From Pseudomonadota bacterium (GTDB lineage Bacteria > Pseudomonadota > Alphaproteobacteria > Acetobacterales > Acetobacteraceae): a stretch of 64,000 bases of DNA. The notes under the pieces were generated by a model. That model did no database searches and was not told the origin of the DNA. It saw only the letters and a list, made by a program, of their open reading frames with translations. The position numbers were made by a program, and so were the translations under genes. Of this stretch, positions 10,133 to 19,803 are shown piece after piece (position 1 is the first letter of the stretch; each line of letters begins with the position of its first letter). The stretch lies in contig JBEDHL010000186.1 in NCBI GenBank assembly GCA_041174145.1, forward strand, positions 596-64,595, read 5' to 3'.

Positions 10133-10941
10133 GGGCTTGTTCCCGGTTTTGGTTTTTGTCTGCGGAGCCATTCCTGCGCCAGCGCAATATAGGCCGCGGC
10201 GCCGGCGGAGCGATGGTCATAAAGCAGCACCGGAAGCCCATGAGAGGGCGCTTCACTGATGCGAATGTTACGAGGAATTACCGTTTCATAAACCTTATCG
10301 CCAAAGAAACCACGGACATCAGCGGCGACCAGTTCAGATAGATTGTTTCGCTTATCGAACATTGTCAGGATGATACCGCCAAGGCTGAGCCTTGGGTTGA
10401 GGCTTTTATTCACCCTTTCAATGGTGCGGGCGATTTGCGAGACACCCTCAAGCGCGAAAAATTCGCATTGCAGCGGCACCAGCACCTCATCAGCCGCAAC
10501 CAATGCATTCAGGGTCAAGAGGCCAAGCGAAGGCGGGCAATCAATAATGATAAGCTCCGTGCCCGCAAGCGCGTCCTGAGCAGTGTCGAGCGCGTTCAGC
10601 AGGCGTCTTTCCCGTGCCTCGACATCAATCAATTCAATCTCTGCGCCCGCGAGATCGGCATCCGCGGGCAATAGCGCCAAATTGGGAATGGCGGATGGGC
10701 GAATAAGCTCGGCCAAAGGGGCAGTCCCAACCAGTAAGGCGTAACTGCCGAGCCCACGTTCCTGGCGTGGCAAGCCAAGGCCGGTGGAAGCATTTCCCTG
10801 GGGGTCAAGATCAATCAGCAGCACCTTGCGCGTTGTGGCCAGGGCGGTTGCAAGATTGATAGCTGTTGTTGTTTTCCCAACCCCGCCCTTTTGATTGGCG
10901 ATGGCAATGATTTTCGGCCTGATGGGTTCAAGATTTGACAC
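10129..10941 (-). CDS. parA: chromosome partitioning ATPase ParA
   Basis: Deviant Walker A in IAIANQKGGVGKTTTAINLA. It sits between rsmG and parB. Confidence 0.95.
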   Translation of the reverse strand: MSNLEPIRPKIIAIANQKGGVGKTTTAINLATALATTRKVLLIDLDPQGNASTGLGLPRQERGLGSYALLVGTAPLAELIRPSAIPNLALLPADADLAGAEIELIDVEARERRLLNALDTAQDALAGTELIIIDCPPSLGLLTLNALVAADEVLVPLQCEFFALEGVSQIARTIERVNKSLNPRLSLGGIILTMFDKRNNLSELVAADVRGFFGDKVYETVIPRNIRISEAPSHGLPVLLYDHRSAGAAAYIALAQEWLRRQKPKPGTSP

Positions 10942-11515
10942 GTTGGATATGGCCCAGGCGAAGGATTGTGGCTTCGGCGTTGGTGCGGCTTGGAAAGCGT
11001 TCCAGCGTGAAGTGCCAGTGGAGGGTGGCTTCCGTCAACTCTTTCTCGACGCCGCGCCCTTTTGGGAAGATAGCAACACCCGCTGGCGCCAGAAACTGCT
11101 CCGCATAAGGCAGAAGGCTGGTCAATGGGGCCAAAGCGCGGGCTGTGATGGCGGAAAGTGGCGGAAGCTTCGCATTTTCGATACGGCAAGCATGCACGCG
11201 CACCCTGGGCAACTTCAATTGGGCACTTGCCTCCACCAAGAAAGCCGCCTTCCGCTTATCGGATTCCACCAGATGGAATTCGCGTTGCGGTTCAACTGCG
11301 GCAAGCACCAAGCCTGGCAAGCCGGCACCCGAACCGATATCGGCGATGGGGCCTTCTTCTGGCAGAAGCGGCTGCAATTGCGCGCAATCCGCGATGTGGC
11401 GTTGGTCAACCTCAGCCGAGGTTTCGCCCGAAATCAGGTTGATGCGCGCATTCCAGCGCAGCAGCAGGTCCCGGTAGACCGCGAGGCGCGCCGCCGTTTC
11501 CGCGTCTTGTTTCAC
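10928..11515 (-). CDS. rsmG: 16S rRNA (guanine527-N7)-methyltransferase
   Basis: SAM-binding motif [11 protein letters not shown]. It lies between mnmG and parA. The GTG start overlaps the mnmG stop (GTGA). Confidence 0.9.
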   Translation of the reverse strand: MKQDAETAARLAVYRDLLLRWNARINLISGETSAEVDQRHIADCAQLQPLLPEEGPIADIGSGAGLPGLVLAAVEPQREFHLVESDKRKAAFLVEASAQLKLPRVRVHACRIENAKLPPLSAITARALAPLTSLLPYAEQFLAPAGVAIFPKGRGVEKELTEATLHWHFTLERFPSRTNAEATILRLGHIQRVKS

Positions 11516-11523
11516 GTGAAACG
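11508..11523. promoter_or_regulatory. parS: parS centromere-like ParB binding site
   Basis: TGTTTCACGTGAAACG matches the TGTTNCACGTGAAACA parS consensus at 15 of 16 positions, and the 14-bp core GTTTCACGTGAAAC is a perfect palindrome. It sits on the mnmG stop / rsmG start overlap. Confidence 0.85.
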
Positions 11524-13389
11524 CTGGGCGTCGCGCCGCAGATGAACCGCAAGCGCCGCCAAAGCCGCCGGTGTCACGCCCTGGATGCGCCCGGCGGCAC
11601 CAAGTGTCGCTGGGCGTGCCGCCTTCAGGCGTTGGCGCATTTCGACGGACAGCCCATCCACCGCGTCGAAATCCAGGTTTGCCGCAATCGCGGCCTTTTC
11701 TTCGCGTTCAAGAAGGCGGCGTTCTGCCTCCTGCCGACGCAAATAGGGGGCGTAGAGTGCTTCTGCTTCCAACTGCGTACGAATGGCCGGGGCAAGGTCC
11801 CGCATCCAGGGGAAGGCTGCTTCAACCAGGCCCGGCGCGACGCCAGGCAGGGCAAGCACCTCAAGCACTGAACGGCGCCGGCCATCCTGATTGACCGCGA
11901 TCCCAAACCCAGCAAGGGCGGCGGGAGAAGCGCCGTCGGACGCGGCACGCGCCAAAGCGCCTGAGACAGCTTCGGCAAAAGCACGGTGCCGCGCGCCGCG
12001 CTCAGCACCAACGCAGCCCCAGGCTATGCCACGCTCGGTCAACCTGAGCCCAGCATTATCGGCACGGAGCGAAAGGCGATGCTCCGCGCGCGCGGTCAGC
12101 ATGCGATAGGGTTCTGAGACACCCTGAAGCGTCAAATCATCCACCAAAACACCAATATAGGCCTCGCTCCGGGTAAAGCTGGCATCGGGTGAGGCACCTG
12201 AAGCGCGGCGGGCGGCGTTGATCCCGGCCATCAAGCCTTGGGCGCCCGCCTCCTCATAGCCCGTAGTGCCATTGATCTGGCCGGCCAAAAACAGACCCGG
12301 CACCTGCCGCAACTCCAGCGCGGGCGTCAGCGCACGGGGATCAATGTAGTCATATTCAATGGCGTAGCCTGGGCGCAGAATGCGCGCCTTGGCCAAACCA
12401 GGGATAGAAGCCACTACCTGTTCCTGTACCGCCTCAGAAAGGCTGGTTGAAATCCCGTTCGGATAGACTGTCGGGTCATCAAGCCCTTCAGGTTCCAGGA
12501 AAATCTGGTGCCGCTCCCGCTCAGCAAAGCGCACCACCTTGTCTTCTATGGAAGGGCAATAGCGCGGCCCGACGCCTTGAATACGCCCACCATAGACCGC
12601 GCTGGATTGCAGATTTGCGCGGATGATGGCGTGGGTTTCCGGTGTTGTCGCCGTAATGCCGCAAGATACCTGCGGATTGGTAATGCGCTCCGTCAGCCAG
12701 GAAAGCGGCTCAGGCTTGTCATCCCCTGGTTGGGCTTCCAGCGCCGCCCAATCAATGGTGCGGCCATCAAGCCTGGGTGGTGTCCCTGTTTTGAGGCGCG
12801 CCAGCGGCAGGCCAAGGCCTTCAAAGGCGAGCGCCAAGCCAATAGCCGGCGCATCCCCAACACGCCCCGCCGGGAAGCGCGTCTCACCGATATGGATTTC
12901 GCCGCGCAGGAAGGTGCCGGTAGTGATGATGGCAGCCCCGCAGCGAATGCGCTGGCCATCGCCGGTGATGATTGCCGCCAGCGCGCCCGCCTGATCAAGC
13001 TCCAGCCCTTCAGCACCACCCGCCATGATCGTGAGACCCGGCTGGGCGCGCAGCAGCGCCTGGACAGCTTCGCGGTAAAGCCGCCGATCCGCCTGCGCCC
13101 TCGGGCCACGCACCGCCGGACCCTTGGAGAGGTTGAGCATCTTGACATGAATGGCGGCCGCATCCGCCGCGCGGGCCATAATGCCGTCCAGCGCATCAAT
13201 TTCGCGGACCAGATGCCCCTTCCCTACCCCGCCGATTGCTGGGTTGCAGGACATTTCGCCGATGGTTTCAATCTTATGGGTCAGCAGCAGGGTGCGTGCG
13301 CCACAACGGGCCGCGGCCGCCGCAGCCTCGCAGCCGGCATGGCCACCACCCACCACTACCACATCAAAGGTCAGATCCACGCCCGTCAT
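11512..13389 (-). CDS. mnmG: tRNA uridine-5-carboxymethylaminomethyl modification enzyme MnmG (GidA)
   Basis: N-terminal FAD fold [15 protein letters not shown], 625 aa, with GidA family sequence throughout. Confidence 0.97.
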   Translation of the reverse strand: MTGVDLTFDVVVVGGGHAGCEAAAAAARCGARTLLLTHKIETIGEMSCNPAIGGVGKGHLVREIDALDGIMARAADAAAIHVKMLNLSKGPAVRGPRAQADRRLYREAVQALLRAQPGLTIMAGGAEGLELDQAGALAAIITGDGQRIRCGAAIITTGTFLRGEIHIGETRFPAGRVGDAPAIGLALAFEGLGLPLARLKTGTPPRLDGRTIDWAALEAQPGDDKPEPLSWLTERITNPQVSCGITATTPETHAIIRANLQSSAVYGGRIQGVGPRYCPSIEDKVVRFAERERHQIFLEPEGLDDPTVYPNGISTSLSEAVQEQVVASIPGLAKARILRPGYAIEYDYIDPRALTPALELRQVPGLFLAGQINGTTGYEEAGAQGLMAGINAARRASGASPDASFTRSEAYIGVLVDDLTLQGVSEPYRMLTARAEHRLSLRADNAGLRLTERGIAWGCVGAERGARHRAFAEAVSGALARAASDGASPAALAGFGIAVNQDGRRRSVLEVLALPGVAPGLVEAAFPWMRDLAPAIRTQLEAEALYAPYLRRQEAERRLLEREEKAAIAANLDFDAVDGLSVEMRQRLKAARPATLGAAGRIQGVTPAALAALAVHLRRDAQRFT

Positions 13390-13407
13390 GCGCTGCCTAT
13401 ATCAGTA

Positions 13408-14724
13408 TTATTTGCCGATGCAGAAGTCCCGGAAGACAATATCCAGGATTTCTTCTACCCCGATGCGGCCTGTCAGGCGGCCAAGGGCGAATAGTGCCGC
13501 GCGCAGTGCCTCCGCGGTCAGCTCAGGAGGGTGCGCTTTCGTGGCCTCAGCCAGCAGCGCCACTGCTTCCGTCAATGCCGCGCGATGGCGTGGCCGGGTG
13601 AGTTGATTGCCCTGCCCGGCCCCCGTCAGATGGAGCGCGGCTTCAGCAAGTCTCTGGCGCAAGGCAGCAAGACCCGTCCCGTCTCGGGCAGAGACCGCCA
13701 GCGCTGCGACGCCGCCTATATGGTCAGGCGCCGCCGCCAAATCGCATTTATTCACCAGCACAAGTGATTGTGGCCCCACCCAATGAAGGGTTTCGGCATC
13801 GGGGCGCTGGTCAGCGGCGAAAACCGTGATGACAAGCTGCGCTTCTTCTGCCCGGCGTTCGGCGCGCTTGATGCCCTCAGCCTCAATCTCATCACTTGCC
13901 TCCCGGAGCCCAGCCGTATCGGATAGCGTCACAGGCACCCCAGCCAGATCTAGCCGCGCTTCCACAATATCCCGCGTAGTGCCGGCCCGGGCTGAGACAA
14001 TGGCCGCTTCCCGCCCAATCAAGGCATTGAGAAGTGATGATTTTCCGGCATTTGGCGCGCCGATAATGGCGAAGACCAAGCCCTCGCGTAGCAATTCACC
14101 GCGCCGCGCGTCGGCCAAATGCGCCTCGATCTCCGCGCGCAACGCCCCTGCCCCCAGTCTTGCCTTGGCGTCCAGATCAGTCGGCAGACCATCCTCGGCA
14201 AATTCAATCGCCGCTTCCTGATGGGCCAGCAGCCGCGCCAAGCGCTCAGCCCAGCCGCCGTAAAGCCGGGCCAACCCACCATCGGCCTGGTGCAAGGCTT
14301 GCCGCCGTTGCGCTGCCGTTTCGGCAGCGATCAGATCAGCAATGCCCTCAGCCGCTGTCAGGTCCATCTTGCCATGCAGAAAGGCGCGGCGCGTGAATTC
14401 GCCAGGCTCTGCCTGGCGCAGCCCAGCCGCAGTCAATGCCTCCATCACGCCAGCAATGACGCTGCGCCCGCCATGCAAATGCAATTCCGCCGCATCTTCG
14501 CCGGTATAGGAAGAAGGGCCCGGAAACCACAGCACCAGGGCATGGTCCAAGGTTTCATCATCACTGGTACGCAGCCGCCGCAGGCTTGCACGGCGCGGTG
14601 CGGGCAAGCCGCCGGCTAGGTGCTTCAGCGCATCGGCGCTGCCCGGGCCGGATAGCCGCACCACCGCCACCGCTCCGGCAGCAGCACCACTCGCCATGGC
14701 GTAAATCGTGTCGGCCGTGCTCAC
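13408..14724 (-). CDS. mnmE: tRNA modification GTPase MnmE (TrmE)
   Basis: N-terminal DTIYAMASG, G-domain motifs GAPNAGKSSLLNAL and DTAGLR, and the C-terminal CIGK motif. The start codon is GTG. Confidence 0.95.
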   Translation of the reverse strand: MSTADTIYAMASGAAAGAVAVVRLSGPGSADALKHLAGGLPAPRRASLRRLRTSDDETLDHALVLWFPGPSSYTGEDAAELHLHGGRSVIAGVMEALTAAGLRQAEPGEFTRRAFLHGKMDLTAAEGIADLIAAETAAQRRQALHQADGGLARLYGGWAERLARLLAHQEAAIEFAEDGLPTDLDAKARLGAGALRAEIEAHLADARRGELLREGLVFAIIGAPNAGKSSLLNALIGREAAIVSARAGTTRDIVEARLDLAGVPVTLSDTAGLREASDEIEAEGIKRAERRAEEAQLVITVFAADQRPDAETLHWVGPQSLVLVNKCDLAAAPDHIGGVAALAVSARDGTGLAALRQRLAEAALHLTGAGQGNQLTRPRHRAALTEAVALLAEATKAHPPELTAEALRAALFALGRLTGRIGVEEILDIVFRDFCIGK

Positions 14725-14733
14725 GCGCTGGCT

Positions 14734-14749
14734 CGTTTCACGTGAAACA
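14734..14749. promoter_or_regulatory. parS: parS centromere-like ParB binding site
   Basis: CGTTTCACGTGAAACA matches the parS consensus at 15 of 16 positions and has the same 14-bp palindromic core as the site at 11508. It lies in the 36-nt spacer between the ferredoxin stop and the mnmE start. Confidence 0.85.
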
Positions 14750-14760
14750 TCAGGCGCCTC

Positions 14761-15138
14761 TCACCCCTTCGCTGGTGGTACATCACGCTCCGTCAGCATC
14801 AGCCGCGCCACACGCCCTTTCTGATGCAGATGTGTTTGAAGAATCTCATCAATATCGGAAGTTGTTTCGACTTTATACCAAATTCCTTCGGGGTAAATCA
14901 CCATCACAGGGCCGAATTCGCAGCGATCCAGGCAGCCCGCCATATTCACCCGCACCCCAGGCAGCCCCAATTCCTTCGCCCGCGCCTTCATGTAATCGCG
15001 CAACGCTTCACTGCCGCGCGCGGCGCAAGACCCGCGCTTATGCCCCTCAGGCCGCCGATTACAGCACACAAAAACATGCGCCTCATAATAAGGTGGCGGG
15101 TCCGAAACACGCGCCCCATGCGCTGCGGCATTATCCAT
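14761..15138 (-). CDS. thioredoxin-like [2Fe-2S] ferredoxin
   Basis: Cys pattern VFVCCN...GSCAARG...AGCLDRCEFGPV. ATG at 15138 is preferred; the 105-aa N-terminal extension in the track overlaps the divergent ogt region. Confidence 0.75.
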   Translation of the reverse strand: MDNAAAHGARVSDPPPYYEAHVFVCCNRRPEGHKRGSCAARGSEALRDYMKARAKELGLPGVRVNMAGCLDRCEFGPVMVIYPEGIWYKVETTSDIDEILQTHLHQKGRVARLMLTERDVPPAKG

Positions 15139-15246
15139 TTTCGCGCCCTTTCGCTCTTGAGGGCTTCCTTGGCGCTTACACGCCATTTCGTCAAAGCACA
15201 GCCCGCTTGACGCTGCTGCGCTGTGGTGCCACTTCGCTTGCGCGTC

Positions 15247-15735
15247 ATGCCGCAACTCTCTCTCCATACCACTCTCGGCGAAGTCACCATCTCTCAATAT
15301 GGCGATGCCATCGTGGCTCTCGATTGGGGCCGCGGGCGGGATCAGGAAGCCACGCCCCTGCTGCTTAAGGCGCGCGACCAATTGCAGGAATATTTCGATG
15401 GCAAGCGCCTGAGCTTTGATTTGCCTTTGGCGCCTGGGGGCTCGGCCTTCCAAAAGCGCGTCTGGGCTGCGCTTTGCGCCATTCCGCTAGGGGAGACGCG
15501 GAGTTATGCGGATATCGCGCGCGCCGTTGGTTCTGCGCCGCGCGCGGTAGGTGGGGCCAATGGCGCCAACCCCATTCCGCTTTTTATCCCCTGCCATCGC
15601 GTCATCGCCGCCGATGGATCGCTGGGTGGCTATTCCGGCGGCGATGGACCCGCTACAAAGCGCTATCTTTTGGATCTAGAAAGCCGCGCGCTTCTCCTCC
15701 CCCTCAACCCCACGGCGCCCCGTAAGCGCCCCTGA
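15247..15735 (+). CDS. ogt: methylated-DNA--protein-cysteine methyltransferase
   Basis: Active site IPCHRVI and the DNA-binding wing YADIARAVGSAPRAVGGANGANP. Confidence 0.85.
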   Translation: MPQLSLHTTLGEVTISQYGDAIVALDWGRGRDQEATPLLLKARDQLQEYFDGKRLSFDLPLAPGGSAFQKRVWAALCAIPLGETRSYADIARAVGSAPRAVGGANGANPIPLFIPCHRVIAADGSLGGYSGGDGPATKRYLLDLESRALLLPLNPTAPRKRP

Positions 15736-15746
15736 CGGATACCCCC

Positions 15747-16721
15747 ATGAATCACGCCATCCGCATCCATGAAACCGGCGGCCCGGAGAAAATGGTTTGG
15801 GAAGAAGTGCCCCTTCCCTCCCCCAAGCCCGGCGAGGCACTGGTGCGCCACAAGGCCGTTGGCCTGAATTACATCGATGTTTATTTCCGCACCGGCCTCT
15901 ATAAGGCGCCGAGCATGCCGGCAATTATCGGCATGGAAGCCTCCGGCATTGTGGAGGCCATTGGTGAAGGCGTCACCGAAGTGAAGGTGGGTGACCGCGT
16001 GGCCTATGCCACAGGCCCGATCGGTGCCTATGCCGAAGCGCGCACCATCAAGGCGGATCGTCTTGTCAAAATGCCAGACGTCATCACCTTTGAACAAGGC
16101 GCTGCCATGATGCTGCAAGGCATGACGGCGGCCTTCTTGATCAAGAAATGCTACGCCGCCAAGGCTGGCCAAACAGTGCTGATCCATGCTGCCGCCGGCG
16201 GTGTGGGCCTTATCCTCAGCCAATGGGCCAAGCATCTGGGTTGCACCGTCATTGGTGTGGTCAGCACCCCAGAAAAGGCGGCGCTGGTGAAAGACCACGG
16301 CGTGGACCATGCGCTGCTTACCAGCGATGATATTCCTGCCCGCGTGAAGGACATCACCAAAGGCGCGATGCTGCCAGTGGTTTATGACAGTGTCGGCAAG
16401 GATAGCTTCCTCACCTCGCTCGATTGCTTGGCACCCTATGGCCTGATGATTTCCTACGGCAACGCCTCTGGCCCCGTTGCCATTCCGGATCTCGGTATTC
16501 TGGCGGCCAAGGGCTCGCTTTATGTGACGCGCCCAACACTTGCGACCTATACCGCGCAGCGTGAGGATTTGGTGGCACGTGCGAATGATTTGTTTGAGGT
16601 TGTTGCCTCAGGCGCCGTCAAGATCCGCGTCAATCAAACCCATGCGCTCAAGGATGCAGGCGCAGCGCATATTGCGCTTGAAGCCCGCAAGACCACAGGC
16701 AGCACCGTTCTTATTCCGTAA
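15747..16721 (+). CDS. qor: NADPH:quinone oxidoreductase (zeta-crystallin family MDR)
   Basis: Medium-chain dehydrogenase fold with AVGLNYIDVYFRTGLY and the nucleotide site HAAAGGVGL. Confidence 0.8.
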   Translation: MNHAIRIHETGGPEKMVWEEVPLPSPKPGEALVRHKAVGLNYIDVYFRTGLYKAPSMPAIIGMEASGIVEAIGEGVTEVKVGDRVAYATGPIGAYAEARTIKADRLVKMPDVITFEQGAAMMLQGMTAAFLIKKCYAAKAGQTVLIHAAAGGVGLILSQWAKHLGCTVIGVVSTPEKAALVKDHGVDHALLTSDDIPARVKDITKGAMLPVVYDSVGKDSFLTSLDCLAPYGLMISYGNASGPVAIPDLGILAAKGSLYVTRPTLATYTAQREDLVARANDLFEVVASGAVKIRVNQTHALKDAGAAHIALEARKTTGSTVLIP

Positions 16722-16732
16722 TGATCTTGCCT

Positions 16733-16760
16733 GGGCTTTGGTTCGCCGTAACCAAAGCCC
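16733..16760. terminator. bidirectional stem-loop between convergent qor and GNAT genes
   Basis: Perfect 11-bp stem GGGCTTTGGTT / AACCAAAGCCC with a 6-nt loop. No clear U-tract on either strand. Confidence 0.45.
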
Positions 16761-16766
16761 AGCGGC

Positions 16767-17555
16767 TTACCCAAAGTGCAATGCAGCCACCTTATCCTGC
16801 GGGCGCACATAATAGACGTAACGATAGGCTTCACGCATGCCGAGGCTTAGTTGTGCCGCGCAGGATGCCTGATTGGCGGAAGCTACCTGCGCCCATAGCC
16901 ACGCGGCCCCTTGTTCAGCTGCCCATTGAGCTGCCGCGCGCGTAATTTGAGAGCCCAGGCCCCGCCGCCGCCCCTGAGGCACTACCGCCAAGTCAAAAAA
17001 CCCAGCCAGCGCCCCATCTGCAACTACTGAAATGCAAGCAACGGGTTGATTGGCTTCATATAAAACAAGCCAAGCCGCCGGCACCATCATCATACTGACC
17101 GCACGTTCTTTTTCTGCCCGCCGTGCAGGGACTTGATGCTCTGCGGTCGCTGTCACCGCCATCCAATCATCATCAGGCGCAGCTAATACCCGAACCGCCG
17201 CATCCTTCCGCGCAATACATTCAATTGGCGCCAGGAAAATAATCGTCTCGTCCTTTTCCACATAGCCGCGTGCTGACAACGCATCAGCCATTCCAGGCGG
17301 ATCAAGCGGAGTGGAGCGAAACCGCACTGGCAGCTTCTGCGCCTCATAACGGCTTTCGATGCGCACGATCCGGGCTAGGAGTTCCGGATCAGCCACTGCA
17401 CTCAAGGAACTCGCGGCATTGGCGCGGCCTGTGCCGCCCAAAAAGGCTCGTACCACAAACGCCCCATCAAAACCGACGCGCTGTGCAGGTACAGCGGTCA
17501 GGCAAGCGCGCTCAAGCGCCGAGATGCTTGGTTGATATGCTTCTTGCATAATCAT
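16767..17555 (-). CDS. GNAT family N-acetyltransferase (two-domain)
   Basis: C-terminal acetyl-CoA motif [14 protein letters not shown]. The ATG at 17555 forms an ATGA overlap with the stop of the upstream PDRP gene. Confidence 0.7.
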   Translation of the reverse strand: MIMQEAYQPSISALERACLTAVPAQRVGFDGAFVVRAFLGGTGRANAASSLSAVADPELLARIVRIESRYEAQKLPVRFRSTPLDPPGMADALSARGYVEKDETIIFLAPIECIARKDAAVRVLAAPDDDWMAVTATAEHQVPARRAEKERAVSMMMVPAAWLVLYEANQPVACISVVADGALAGFFDLAVVPQGRRRGLGSQITRAAAQWAAEQGAAWLWAQVASANQASCAAQLSLGMREAYRYVYYVRPQDKVAALHFG

Positions 17556-18442
17556 AACTTTCCAATAACGCCTGCCGCCGGATCTTCGGGGGCAGGGGCA
17601 GCCTTCATCTCCCGACGGCGTGCATGCCAAGCTTCCATTAACTGCAAAACGGTTGCCGCGGTTTCTTCGATACTGCGGCGTGTTACATCAATTACTGGCC
17701 AGCCCTGCGCTGTGCATAAGCGTCGCGCCGCGATGATCTCTGCCTTTACCGCCTCGGGATCAATATACTCGGTGGTGTCCTGCCGTACGCCCTGACCACC
17801 GATAATTTTCAAGCGGTGCCGACGGATATCAATCAGCGCATTGGCTTCAATGTACAAACCAACCACGGGGCAGGGTGGATCGTTCAAGATCTCTGGCAGC
17901 CTGGCACCTGGCACAATCGGCACATTGGCTGCCTTGATGCCGCGATTGGCCAAATAAAAACACGTCGGCGTCTTGCTGCTGCGTGAAACACCAACCAGCA
18001 CGACATCGGCATTGCGGATGCCTACAGTTCCCTGCCCGTCATCATGCGACAAGACATAATGCATGGCATCAATGCGCCTGAAGTAATCCGCATCCATCAC
18101 ATGCTGTGCTGCGCGCTTTTCCCGCGCGCGTGCACCGGTTGCTTCCTGCAAAAGCTCCATCACAGGATCAAGCGGTGACAGGCACATCACCCCCATGCGC
18201 TGGCAGGCTTCCTCCAGCACATGGCGCAGGCTTGAATCGACAAGCGTATAAAGCACAGGCCCCGGTTCATGCTGAATCCCTTCTAGGACCCTGTCCAACT
18301 GCAAACGGGATCTGATCAAGCTCCAGCGATGATCCACGACGTGATGATCATCGAACCGCGCTAAAGTAGCGCGCGCGATGGAGTGTAAGGTCTCACCGGT
18401 CGAATCAGACACCAGGTGGAGGTCAATTTGCCTGTTGGGCAT
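17552..18442 (-). CDS. pyruvate, phosphate dikinase regulatory protein (DUF299 kinase/pyrophosphorylase; RP001 homologue)
   Basis: [12 protein letters not shown]-terminus and P-loop [34 protein letters not shown] at 18442 ([13 protein letters not shown]) is preferred over the track start at 18493. Confidence 0.88.
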   Translation of the reverse strand: MPNRQIDLHLVSDSTGETLHSIARATLARFDDHHVVDHRWSLIRSRLQLDRVLEGIQHEPGPVLYTLVDSSLRHVLEEACQRMGVMCLSPLDPVMELLQEATGARAREKRAAQHVMDADYFRRIDAMHYVLSHDDGQGTVGIRNADVVLVGVSRSSKTPTCFYLANRGIKAANVPIVPGARLPEILNDPPCPVVGLYIEANALIDIRRHRLKIIGGQGVRQDTTEYIDPEAVKAEIIAARRLCTAQGWPVIDVTRRSIEETAATVLQLMEAWHARRREMKAAPAPEDPAAGVIGKL

Positions 18443-18465
18443 GGCGGGAGAATTCCGTGAATCAA

Positions 18466-18474
18466 TGTGGATAA
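18466..18474 (-). promoter_or_regulatory. DnaA box, perfect consensus
   Basis: TGTGGATAA on the plus strand equals TTATCCACA on the minus strand. Confidence 0.7.
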
Positions 18475-18640
18475 CGGGGGTGGATTCCGCCACCTATCCC
18501 GCCCTGGCTCATAATGGGGATGAAACCACCCCATCGCGCAAGCCTGGATGGTTTTAGCCTGCCAAGCGGGTGAACACGCAAAAGTGAGGAGTCCCCAGAT
18601 AGCAACAGCGTTACCGCCAATCACTTTCCGGGGAGAAAGC

Positions 18641-18649
18641 TGTGGATAG
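18641..18649 (-). promoter_or_regulatory. DnaA box, 8/9 match
   Basis: TGTGGATAG on the plus strand equals CTATCCACA on the minus strand. Confidence 0.55.
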
Positions 18650-18672
18650 GCTTTGCGTTACTTGCCTCCCCA

Positions 18673-18681
18673 TGATCCACA
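18673..18681 (+). promoter_or_regulatory. DnaA box, 8/9 match (TGATCCACA variant)
   Basis: TGATCCACA faces the box at 18641-18649 across a 23-bp spacer. From memory, this variant is the DnaA box type described in Caulobacter Cori. Confidence 0.55.
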
Positions 18682-18738
18682 GGCCCTACAAGCTACCTCA
18701 TCTTTCAGAATCTTAGATTCAATGCTTATGTTTGGCTC

Positions 18739-19797
18739 ATGGAAACGGAAAACGAGGCCAGCCGGGCCAAACCCTTTTTGCGCGTCTTGGCAGGAGAGGC
18801 TGTCTGGCCGCCCCCCGTATGGCTGATGCGCCAAGCAGGGCGTTATTTGCCCGAATATCGCGCGACGCGCGCCCAGGCGGGGGATTTCATCTCCCTCTGC
18901 ACCACGCCTGATCTAGCGGCCGAGGTCACGCTCCAGCCCATCCGCCGCTATGGCATGGATGCTGCCATTCTGTTCTCCGATATCCTGATGGTGCCCTGGG
19001 CCTTGGGCCAAGGGCTGCGCTTTGCCGAAGGGGAAGGCCCAATCCTGGACCCGATCCGCTCGGCCGAGGGGATTGCGGCGCTCAATCTTGAAGGGCTTCT
19101 GGCCAAGGCCGCACCAATTTTTGAAACAGTGCGCTTGACCCGGGCGGGGTTGGATCAGCACCACCCGAAAACCGCACTGATCGGCTTTGCCGGTTCCCCA
19201 TTCACCGTCGCCTGCTACATGGTGGAAGGCCGCGGCAGTAAAGATTTCGCTGCTACGCGCGGTATGGCCTTCAGTGATCCGGCCAGTTTCGGCCGGCTGA
19301 TCCGTATTCTGCAGGATGCCACTGTTGAATATCTGGTGGCGCAGGTGGAAGCAGGCGCCGAAGCCTTGATGCTTTTCGATACCTGGGCCGGGCTATTGCC
19401 GCCCAGTCAATTCCGCCGCTGGGTGATTGAACCCTCTGCCGCTATCGCCCGAGCGGTGCGCAAGCGCTGCCCCAATACGCCGATCATCGGCTTCCCGCGC
19501 TTGGCTGGTCCCATGATCACCGATTACGCCGCCCGCGCCGCGGTGGATGGCGTCGCGACGGATACCAGCATGGATCCGCGCTGGGCTGCCCAGGCAGTGC
19601 CGGCTACCATGCCCCTGCAAGGCAATCTGGATCCGCTGGCGCTGGTTGCTGGCGGTGCAGCACTGGAAGCCGAAGCGCGCAGCATCCTGGCCGCCATGCG
19701 TGGCCGGCCATTCATTTTCAATCTGGGTCACGGCATCATCCCGCCGACACCGCCCGAGCATGTTGCGCAGCTTATGCGCATCATCCGCAGTGGCTAG
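18739..19797 (+). CDS. hemE: uroporphyrinogen decarboxylase
   Basis: Signature PPVWLMRQAGRYLPEYR with full-length URO-D family sequence. Confidence 0.96.
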   Translation: METENEASRAKPFLRVLAGEAVWPPPVWLMRQAGRYLPEYRATRAQAGDFISLCTTPDLAAEVTLQPIRRYGMDAAILFSDILMVPWALGQGLRFAEGEGPILDPIRSAEGIAALNLEGLLAKAAPIFETVRLTRAGLDQHHPKTALIGFAGSPFTVACYMVEGRGSKDFAATRGMAFSDPASFGRLIRILQDATVEYLVAQVEAGAEALMLFDTWAGLLPPSQFRRWVIEPSAAIARAVRKRCPNTPIIGFPRLAGPMITDYAARAAVDGVATDTSMDPRWAAQAVPATMPLQGNLDPLALVAGGAALEAEARSILAAMRGRPFIFNLGHGIIPPTPPEHVAQLMRIIRSG

Positions 19798-19803
19798 GCG
19801 GGG

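Larger units (their letters stand above)
18443..18738. other. oriC: candidate chromosomal replication origin (oriC)
   Basis: Non-coding gap between divergent DUF299/RP001 homologue and hemE. It holds three DnaA-box matches, five GANTC sites and an AT-rich tract at 18691-18738 (18/48 G+C by hand count). parS sites and parAB lie 4-7 kb away. Confidence 0.6.

Noticed and set aside
18443-18738. CtrA boxes (TTAA-N7-TTAA) in the candidate origin and in the AT-rich lpxC upstream region (37640-37700)
   Set aside because: No correctly spaced TTAA pair was found by eye, so CtrA control of this origin cannot be claimed from the sequence.
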